Position numbers and translations under genes: made by a program
The notes under the pieces: model-generated
Seen by the model: the letters and a program-made list of their open reading frames with translations, nothing else
What the model was told of the DNA's origin: nothing
Database searches by the model: none
Part shown: one piece after another, positions 57,114 to 64,000 of the stretch
How the letters are laid out: each line of letters begins with the position of its first letter
Position numbering within the stretch: position 1 is the first letter of the stretch
DNA from: Candidatus Zambryskiibacteriota bacterium
GTDB taxonomy: Bacteria > Patescibacteriota > Minisyncoccia > Phycocordibacterales > WO2-35-19
DNA: 64,000 nucleotides
Direction: 5' to 3'
Assembly (NCBI GenBank): GCA_048499675.1
Contig: JASNZL010000008.1
Coordinates: 27 to 64,026, forward strand

Positions 57114-57663
57114 CGGGTCTCGGACGTTGGTATACCAAGCAGTATAAGGGTTTTCGGGAGGATTCCCAAGAGTTGAGATGATGCCTCCGCATAGGGGTCA
57201 GTTTTCACCAAACAGGCGCTTGTGCCTTCAAAAACAGAATGAGACAAATGGGACACTCCTTCACGGGTATTTGGCAGTATCTCAAATGCCAACAAATGCC
57301 AATTTTCTGACACCAAAAAGTGACAAAAGTGACACTCTTTGGACACTTTTTCCGTGTCACTTTTTGCTAAAATCTGATGCGAGACAGAGACAGACGAGAC
57401 ACAGGTTAGAGGTATGCCACGAATGTCTCATCTGGAACCCAAATGGCTAAAAAAAAGGATATTTTACCGCCAATGTTACACCATGTGACACCAAAACAGA
57501 TGTGCATGTGTGTCACTTTTTCGTATTTGGTGGCTTTACAGCCACTTTTCCCGGCACTGCGTCGCTCTTGTGCTAAGTATGAAATTATTGTATTTTACGA
57601 CCTAGAGAGTGACGCCTGTCACAAAACCACAAACAGCACATTCACAAACGAAAGGAGACAGAG

Positions 57664-58809
57664 ATGGAAAAGCTCTTAAATCTTGAAGAACTCAGTAGCC
57701 GTCTCGCGACTGTCGACACGATGATCATGCAGCTCATCATGCGTCGCATGGAGCTCGCTGAGCAGGTTGGAAAATACAAACGCCAAAAGGGCGAGCGGAT
57801 TTTCCGGGCAGATATCGAAGATAGGCGTATCGATGCGATCAGGAAATGGGCTGCGACACACCACCTGAATCCGCATTTCGCCGAATCGGTCTTGTACGCA
57901 CTCATCAACGAGTCATGCAAGCTGCAAATGATCCGACTCCAAGAAGAGTCGCTGGAATCAAGTGAGCCTCAGACCGAAGACCAGTGGTATGAGAAGCTCA
58001 AGCGAAACCTTCTTATCCTCACCGAACGATGGTGCAGTACCTACGACTCAAGCTACGAAAACAGCTACTTCGCGACAAAGGCGTACCTGCGGTACGAGCA
58101 TGAACTGCTCACTCGAGAAATCCAACAATTGACTGATACAGAGCTCATGCTCGACCTTGGGTGCGCGACTGGCAGGATGACGTTCCAATGCCACGATGTG
58201 TTCAGGCGCGTCATGGGGTACGACATCAGCCAGCACATGCGGATGATGGCAAACCAGCTTGCTGAAAGCAAGAACTTACACTCGAAGGTCGCTTTCGAGT
58301 GCACGGACATTGAGGATGGCATCCCAATGCTCGATACTTCCGCATCGTTCGTCGTGATGAACCTTGGCACGGCCAGCGACATTCGGGGCATCGGTAAGGT
58401 GATAGATGAAACGCTTCGGGTGCTCAAGCCCGGAGGTCGATTCTTCTTCTCTTTCTACAATCGAGATGCTCTCGTTTATCGCTGGGAGTTCCTGCCGTGG
58501 GAAGCGGGGTTGGCCGCATCAATCAACATCCACCGCGACTCGCTCGACGTTCACTCGAAAAATGACGACCAGGTGGAGGAAGTCATTCCGGTCTACGCGC
58601 GAGCGTATACGTGGGACGAGGTAATGTCGCTATTCTCCGCTCGAGGAGTGGAGGTGTCGCTCACGACATATCCTACCATCAGCGCCATTCTCCCTCACGA
58701 GTTGTTTACCAAACAGCTCGACGTGCAAGAATCGGTCATCGCGATTGATAATGCGCTTGCTGATACTTCAATGGGTGCCTACATCATTGCGACAGGCGCA
58801 AAGCCTTGA
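57664..58809 (+). CDS. fusion protein: N-terminal AroQ-type chorismate mutase-like domain + C-terminal class I SAM-dependent methyltransferase domain
   Basis: N-terminus LEELSSRLATVDTMIMQLIMRRMELAEQVGKYKRQKGERIFRADIEDRRIDAI fits the AroQ pattern L..LR..ID.ID..L..LL..R..L...IG..K; later LDLGCATGRMT (motif I) and VLKPGGRFFF (post II). Confidence 0.6.
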   Translation: MEKLLNLEELSSRLATVDTMIMQLIMRRMELAEQVGKYKRQKGERIFRADIEDRRIDAIRKWAATHHLNPHFAESVLYALINESCKLQMIRLQEESLESSEPQTEDQWYEKLKRNLLILTERWCSTYDSSYENSYFATKAYLRYEHELLTREIQQLTDTELMLDLGCATGRMTFQCHDVFRRVMGYDISQHMRMMANQLAESKNLHSKVAFECTDIEDGIPMLDTSASFVVMNLGTASDIRGIGKVIDETLRVLKPGGRFFFSFYNRDALVYRWEFLPWEAGLAASINIHRDSLDVHSKNDDQVEEVIPVYARAYTWDEVMSLFSARGVEVSLTTYPTISAILPHELFTKQLDVQESVIAIDNALADTSMGAYIIATGAKP

Positions 58810-58831
58810 TGTCACGTTGGATAACACCTAC

Positions 58832-58862
58832 AACGCGCGAGCTTACCACTCGCGCGTTTTTC
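58832..58862 (+). terminator. rho-independent terminator
   Basis: AACGCGCGAGcttaccaCTCGCGCGTTTTT. Confidence 0.8.
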
Positions 58863-58989
58863 TATCGAATCAATTACATACAATTGACAAAGATAACCCC
58901 ACTGTGATAAATTACAGGTGTTGTTCATTTCAGTATATAAAACCCATATCCGATTCCCTTGAGTAATCAAGGGGTTGGGGTCGGATAGT

Positions 58990-59243
58990 TTTGCGGAGTA
59001 ATTCGCGAAACAGGGTGGTCTCTGCATAAGTGGAGACCCGGCTTCCTCCGTAACCATAGGAAAACCGAAATCGGTCGAAAGACCAGAGCCGGTATAAGTC
59101 CCGAGAGACATCAAGGGAAAAGTAAGGTGGCACCGCGGAAACCCGCCCTTACGATATGAGCAGTTTTGCTTGTATCGTGAGGGCGGTTTTTCATTGGGAA
59201 AAATCGCATAGTTCTTTCACATCAACCAAAGGAGAAATATCTC
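58990..59243 (+). promoter_or_regulatory. ~250-nt structured 5' leader with mutually exclusive antiterminator/terminator helices (riboswitch- or attenuator-like) upstream of the GNAT-like gene
   Basis: terminator ACCCGCCCTTACGATA...TATCGTGAGGGCGGTTTTT (59142-59191) overlaps alternative helix GTAAGG...CCCTTAC (59122-59152); several further local helices (GGTCTC..GAGACC; CCCGGCT..AGCCGG). Confidence 0.4.
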
Positions 59244-59936
59244 ATGAAGCTCTCTGAATACGCAACTAAGAATCAACTTGTCACAAAGGCGGGCGTGTAT
59301 AGCGCCTACCACTTAATGCCTGAGCTACTTTCTAATGAGGTTAAAGACTATCTCTTTAACCTTGTCTATCCAGTTGCTCAAAACGCCTTCGGGCAACAGC
59401 ATTCTGAGGAGTTTGCTCACGATGTCAGAACGCATGTTCTTGACCATTCAAATATTTTGATTGTTCAAGACCATACTGGTGCGGTTATCGCATTTCGAGT
59501 CTGGGATATTCTCCACGGCATCGAAAGAGACATCGTCTATCTTGCTGGTATGTGTGTTACTTATGAATACCAGAAGATCGGTCTAGGAAAGGCGTTGATA
59601 CAGGCTGCAATCGATATTGCGCAAGTATCTCACCCGAATTTGGGCTATGTTGTACTACGTACCCAAAATTGGGCAATGCAGAAGAGTTTGTCTGCTATTG
59701 CTGCAGAATCTGGTGTGTACAAGAAGTTTGGCGACACCAACATTGATGAAGACATGCAAGCCGCCGTTAAGATAGTAGCGGATAAAATCAATGATTCCTG
59801 CATCGTGCCTTCTGAGCTTGTGTCGCGAAAAGTCTATGGCAGTAGCTTATATGGCTCGGCGCATAACTATCAGAACGGCTTCGTTGGGCTAGATGTCTCT
59901 AATGGTGATGCAGCTTACTGCGTTTGGCGACGATGA
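59244..59936 (+). CDS. GNAT-family acetyltransferase-like protein
   Basis: motif A-like YQKIGLGKALIQAAI; beta-strand HTGAVIAFRVWDI. Confidence 0.5.
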   Translation: MKLSEYATKNQLVTKAGVYSAYHLMPELLSNEVKDYLFNLVYPVAQNAFGQQHSEEFAHDVRTHVLDHSNILIVQDHTGAVIAFRVWDILHGIERDIVYLAGMCVTYEYQKIGLGKALIQAAIDIAQVSHPNLGYVVLRTQNWAMQKSLSAIAAESGVYKKFGDTNIDEDMQAAVKIVADKINDSCIVPSELVSRKVYGSSLYGSAHNYQNGFVGLDVSNGDAAYCVWRR

Positions 59937-60013
59937 GTCGATCACAAACTAGAGCCATTCTAAGAAACTCGGGTGGCTCTATTTTTTTACAGGGAAATAT
60001 ATATAATTTTACT

Positions 60014-60823
60014 ATGTTACAGAGCATTAAAAAAATACTTATTGTTGGCAGTACGCATGGACACGAAAGGATAGGTCTTGCTGTTATCGAAGAGTTAAAA
60101 AAACTAAATATACCGAACGATCAACTCCGTTTTGAAATTGGCAACCCGAGAGCTTCAGAGAAAAATATTCCCTTTATCGACTCAGATCTCAATCGCATCT
60201 TTCCTGGTAATCCGAATGGTACATACGAAGAACGGCTGGCATTTGAACTATTACCAAAGATCAGGGATGTTGATTTGGTGATAGACATTCACTCAACCAA
60301 TACCACTGATTTATCTGAAAACTCAATGCTTATCGTCACAAAATATGATACCGTCACCAGAGATATTGTTGGCACTATCAATCCTCCGAAAGTTTTGGTG
60401 ATGAAATATAAAAGTGATAGCGCCCTCATTTCGCAAGCACGAATTGGTGTGGCATTTGAGTATGGGAAAGACACGAGCGAATCCGTATTACAAGCTACCC
60501 TGTTCGACATTGCTGAAGTTTTGATTGCCTGCGGATTCATTTCTAGAAATCCATATACAACCACAAAACATAATGAACGTACTGACGCTTTTGAGGTATA
60601 CGATTCATATAAAAAAGACTTTCTCGGGAAGTTTACACTTGCACCCGAAATAAAAAATTTCCAATTAGTCACACAAGGTTCTTTTTTGGGCGTAACCGAT
60701 TCTGGCGTAGAAGTACTTGCAGATGAAAGTTTTGTCCCGATTCTGTTTGGAGAAAACAGATATACGGAAATATTGGGTTTTAAGGCAAAGAAAATAGCGC
60801 CACCCACGAAGGAATGGCGCTAG
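60014..60823 (+). CDS. succinylglutamate desuccinylase / aspartoacylase (AstE/AspA) family zinc hydrolase (start moved to internal ATG)
   Basis: ILIVGSTHGHERIG...DSDLNRIFPG...DLVIDIHS matches the family zinc-binding/catalytic motifs. Confidence 0.7.
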   Translation: MLQSIKKILIVGSTHGHERIGLAVIEELKKLNIPNDQLRFEIGNPRASEKNIPFIDSDLNRIFPGNPNGTYEERLAFELLPKIRDVDLVIDIHSTNTTDLSENSMLIVTKYDTVTRDIVGTINPPKVLVMKYKSDSALISQARIGVAFEYGKDTSESVLQATLFDIAEVLIACGFISRNPYTTTKHNERTDAFEVYDSYKKDFLGKFTLAPEIKNFQLVTQGSFLGVTDSGVEVLADESFVPILFGENRYTEILGFKAKKIAPPTKEWR

Positions 60824-60836
60824 GTTGTTTGCGTGA

Positions 60837-61799
60837 TCAAGAGACAATTCCCTTGATCGCTTGGAGCGTTTGGTGCTGGCTCTGTGGAAGCACATTGCCA
60901 ATCACGTTGTTGAGGACGGTCACTACGCCTTGCGGCTTGGAACCAATCGGATTCACGATGAGAACCATACCTTTGGCAAAGTGCCTGGTGCTGATGCTAA
61001 ACGCATTAGACCGAAACACACTGCCGACGAGCTTGTGGATACCGTCCGGCGTATACCAGTGAGACAGGAAGAAGCCGCTTCTCCCTTCAGTCTGCCCAAC
61101 AATCTGGAGCGCCGCGATGGACGGTATTGCGCCGGAAGAGATTTCTCGCTGCATTGCGGCAAGCGAGTCTCTCACTGCGATCTTCCTGATCTCCTCGCCC
61201 GAAGTTGAGATTTTGGCGCGGATGCCTGTCGATGTGGGCTCATTCGTTTCCGAAAGTTCTACCCAATCGAACAGGAATTCTTCGCCAAGGACCCTCTCGT
61301 TCCGAAGGTACTCATCGTACCCGCAGAAAGGATATCCGACTTGCGGATCGGCCTTGAAGAAAGCCTCGCAGTTGTAGACCCCGATAATGAGTCGTCTGGG
61401 CTTGCGCTCGATTTCTCTGCAAACGTGAGCGATCTCACCCGAAAGGAACACCATCTCCACACCGTCGTCTATGAACGACTTCAGTATGGAAGACTTGGCT
61501 CGATTGACTTGCTGTGGTGCCAGATCATTGAAGACTACTCGAGGAACGTATCCCCCTGTTCGAGAAAATGTATCCTCGAGAAGCATCTTTGGATCACGAC
61601 TCCCAACAGCGCCGCCGAGAGTGACTATATCCTCGCAATCGACTTCTCGATATGCATCAAGGACAGCGTCCATTTCTCCCTGGTTGTCTGTCGTCATTTC
61701 TTCGTTTTCGTACGTGGCTGCCTGGGCGTCCCAGAAGGCCTTTTGGCCTTCAACGGTAAGAGTTGGCTTGCGCCAACCATCTTCTCCTGACTTACTCAT
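60837..61799 (-). CDS. hypothetical protein, weak resemblance to a SAM-dependent methyltransferase fold
   Basis: IVTLGGAVGS...FNDL pattern only. Confidence 0.3.
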   Translation of the reverse strand: MSKSGEDGWRKPTLTVEGQKAFWDAQAATYENEEMTTDNQGEMDAVLDAYREVDCEDIVTLGGAVGSRDPKMLLEDTFSRTGGYVPRVVFNDLAPQQVNRAKSSILKSFIDDGVEMVFLSGEIAHVCREIERKPRRLIIGVYNCEAFFKADPQVGYPFCGYDEYLRNERVLGEEFLFDWVELSETNEPTSTGIRAKISTSGEEIRKIAVRDSLAAMQREISSGAIPSIAALQIVGQTEGRSGFFLSHWYTPDGIHKLVGSVFRSNAFSISTRHFAKGMVLIVNPIGSKPQGVVTVLNNVIGNVLPQSQHQTLQAIKGIVS

Positions 61800-61823
61800 C
61801 TGAACCTCCTGTGGTTTGAGTGT

Positions 61824-62300
61824 TTACTGATGTGTTTGAGAGATGTCCGCAATCGTTGCTCCGATGGCGTTCACCATTTCTTTAGAGCCGATCGCGATTG
61901 TCTTTCGCGGATCACCTGACCCGCAATAGATCAACTGCCGAGCCAAGAGAGCGTTATCCACGATATGTCGCTGGAAGAAGTCATGGAACGGACTCGCGTC
62001 TCCCGGGTTCAGCCCGATTTCTCGGGTGATTTCTGGGCCAGCAAACTTTACCGTTTTCCTTGATACGCCGAGGATGGCAGCGACTTTTGAGAAGTCGACC
62101 CGATTCATACCCGGTAGAATAGCGGCAATGAGGCCAATATTCTTCTGATCAAGGATCACAGTCTTAGCCATTGCGTCCCTCGGAATGTCCAAAGTTTGAA
62201 CGACATCGTCCATTGTGATCACAGGATCATGCTCCATCACCCTCGGAGAATACCCTGAATCTTTGAGTCTCCGTATGATTTTTTCTGTTGACGTTTCCAT
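61824..62300 (-). CDS. YbaK/ProX-type aminoacyl-tRNA trans-editing deacylase domain protein
   Basis: KTVILD, GLIAAILPGMNRVDFSKVAAILG, GLNPGDASPF match the YbaK/EbsC family. Confidence 0.7.
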   Translation of the reverse strand: METSTEKIIRRLKDSGYSPRVMEHDPVITMDDVVQTLDIPRDAMAKTVILDQKNIGLIAAILPGMNRVDFSKVAAILGVSRKTVKFAGPEITREIGLNPGDASPFHDFFQRHIVDNALLARQLIYCGSGDPRKTIAIGSKEMVNAIGATIADISQTHQ

Positions 62301-62400
62301 AGTGCCTCTTTTGGTTTGTGAAGGTGCGTTTTAAGAAAACCCACAATGGATTCCTCGCCGACGATACCATAGCACAATTTTCCGCTTGACACAAGAGACA
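62301..62400 (-). promoter_or_regulatory. promoter/5' leader of the ybaK-like gene; paralogous copy of the trpS leader
   Basis: ~80% identity over ~100 nt with 63458-63570; candidate -35 TTGTGT / -10 TATGGT and a GAGGAA...TTTCTT dyad. Confidence 0.5.
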
Positions 62401-62464
62401 CTACAAAAGAAAACAGGCATTCGGAACCTTGCGATTTCGAATGCCTGTGAGTAAGTAGCTTGTT

Positions 62465-63457
62465 CTAGTAGAGGACGATACCCATCTTCTCCCGAACAAG
62501 CTCGGTGGTTGCCTTGATTCTGGCGCGAGCCTTTTTGCCGCCTTCGTGAAGCACGTTTTTGACGTAATCGTTTTGGCTGGCGAGCTTGACGCGCTTTTCC
62601 TGAAAGGGCTCCAAGATTTTGGCAATGCCGTCAACCAAAAGATGCTTGCAGGCGGCACAGCCGATTTGCGCCGAGATGCACAGTTTCGCGATCTCTCGAC
62701 TCTCGACCTCGCCTTCCGTCACTAGCTCGTGGACAGGATAGACGGATTGACACCGATTGTACGGATCGCCGGGGTCGGAGACGCGAAGACGTTGCGGATC
62801 AGTAATGCCTTTCTTCAGATAGCGATCGCGAATTTCTTCGATGCCGGCATTGATGTCGATGGCATTGTCCGCTTCCGACTTGCCCATCTTCGCGCCGTCA
62901 AGACCGGGTACCTTGATCATCTGCGCCATCATCTCGGGAACGACGAACGTGTCCCCAAAACGCTTGTTGAAACGATTCGCAAGATTGCGAGCCATCTCAA
63001 CGTTCGGCACCTGATCCTCACCAACTGGCACCAGTGTTGCCTTGGGACCAAGAATGTCGGCTGCCATGAGGACAGGGTACGTCACGAGCCCGAGGTTCAC
63101 GTTGTCCGGATTCTTGCGAACCAGATCCTTGAACGTTGGGACCCGTTCGAGCTCACCGAGTGACTGGATCATCGAAAGATACAGGCACAGTTCAGAGATT
63201 TCCGGTACGCTTGATTGAGCGTAAATGATCGATTGCTCCGGGTCGAGACCCGCGGCAATGTAATCCTTCACGATTTCAATCAAATTGCCCCGAAGCTCTT
63301 CTGGATTCTCGAGCGTCGTCAGTGTATGCCAGTCGGCGATGAAGTAAAGGCAGGTATTGCCTGGTTGCTGGAACTTCACGAAGTTTTGTACCGCTCCGAG
63401 AAAGTTTCCGAAGTGGAGGCGCCCTGTAGCGCGGATTCCTGATAGGACTGTTTCCAT
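62465..63457 (-). CDS. trpS: tryptophanyl-tRNA synthetase (class I). The start is placed at the ATG preceded by AAGGAG; the ORF-track start lies further upstream.
   Basis: GRLHFGNFLGAV (HIGH-type), KMGKS (KMSKS), GEDQVPNVE, overall length 331 aa typical of bacterial TrpRS. Confidence 0.9.
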   Translation of the reverse strand: METVLSGIRATGRLHFGNFLGAVQNFVKFQQPGNTCLYFIADWHTLTTLENPEELRGNLIEIVKDYIAAGLDPEQSIIYAQSSVPEISELCLYLSMIQSLGELERVPTFKDLVRKNPDNVNLGLVTYPVLMAADILGPKATLVPVGEDQVPNVEMARNLANRFNKRFGDTFVVPEMMAQMIKVPGLDGAKMGKSEADNAIDINAGIEEIRDRYLKKGITDPQRLRVSDPGDPYNRCQSVYPVHELVTEGEVESREIAKLCISAQIGCAACKHLLVDGIAKILEPFQEKRVKLASQNDYVKNVLHEGGKKARARIKATTELVREKMGIVLY

Positions 63458-63570
63458 CTTTGTCTCCTTTGGTTTGTGAATGAACTGTTTTGAGAAAGCC
63501 ACCATGGATTTCTCGCCGATGTTACCATAACACGATTTTCCGCTTAATACAAGGGTTTCGTCACGCAACC
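63458..63570 (-). promoter_or_regulatory. promoter/5' leader of trpS (copy 2 of the duplicated leader)
   Basis: candidate -35 TTGTAT, 17-nt spacer, -10 TATGGT; dyad CGAGAAATCCATGGTGGCTTTCTC; SD AAGGAG 8 nt before ATG. Confidence 0.5.
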
Positions 63571-64000
63571 ACACCACTCCGTAGAGTGGTGTGGTGTTTC
63601 GGCGGATAGGACTTCTGCCTCTCCTTGGAGATCGGAGCCTCTCGTCGCGTACGACGTTCCCGCCGGCCGGTTAGCCGGACTTTGCCCAATCATCTCACTC
63701 ATCTCCTGTGGCGTACCGCAGACGGGGTAAGTCAGAGGGCTCGCCGGCCGTCTGTACTTAATGATTAGTATTTAAGATTTGTGTAGTCGAGTTACCAACA
63801 GCTTGCCAACTACCCCTCCTGGACTCCTCGGAGGGGTAGCGTCATCAATGTAGCTGCATGACACACACAACAACAGCGCCGTCTGGGGCTACGGCAAACA
63901 TTGCAAGCTCCGCAAGCGTGAAATATTGTCTCTACGCCAGAAAAAGTACCGAACAGGAGGACAAGCAGGTGCTTTCCATCGACTCCCAGATCAAGGAAAT

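Noticed and set aside
63600-63800. RNase P RNA-like GGGCAAAGTCCGG on the minus strand, and a possible T-box leader for trpS
   Set aside because: It has a short resemblance to the P4 GGAAAGTCCGG motif only, and the other universal RNase P segments were not found. No T-box consensus (AANNNGGGTGGNACCGCG) is visible. The region runs off the window end.

Overview
This is mostly AT-rich DNA (about one third GC by eye) with short intergenic regions and housekeeping genes, including the replication-origin neighbourhood rpmH-rnpA-yidC / dnaA-dnaN with DnaA boxes. The gene set and compositional style resemble a reduced-genome bacterium, possibly of the CPR/Patescibacteria type, but that assignment is inference. 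Recognisable genes are smpB, ftsH, tRNA-Ile(UAU), tRNA-Arg(CCU), tRNA-Lys(UUU), hup, rpmI-rplT-infC, a LysM/M23 peptidase, pcrA/uvrD, ksgA, a class A PBP, tyrS, ruvC, a yebC-like gene, ruvB, pilB/gspE, tsaE, polA, fpg, a Mur ligase, ruvA, rpsT, and trpS with a ybaK-like deacylase. Four things stand out. First, a co-directional locus at 13.0-26.8 kb resembles a type IV secretion system (VirB6-like, VirB3/PrgI-like, VirB4, and a VirB2-like pilin candidate, plus secreted proteins). Its VirB4 gene is cut in two by an inverted-repeat-flanked insertion that carries a four-helix-bundle gene of the 23S-rRNA-IVS-protein family. Second, several short dispersed repeat families occur, notably a (TACGAGN)n heptamer/palindromic element that sits in frame inside coding regions (tsaE, a trmH-like gene and two locus ORFs) and brackets the genes of the secretion-like locus. 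Third, small high-GC islets appear: a lipoprotein gene, an IS30 transposase remnant, and a 5'-edge ORF. Fourth, the last ~8 kb (56-64 kb) is compositionally distinct and high-GC. It encodes TrpRS and a YbaK-like deacylase under duplicated promoter/leader copies, a chorismate-mutase::methyltransferase fusion, a GNAT, an AstE/AspA-family hydrolase, and a riboswitch-like leader. All coordinates are approximate (+/- a few nt). All functional calls are from motif-level reading of the translated ORFs; no database searches were run.
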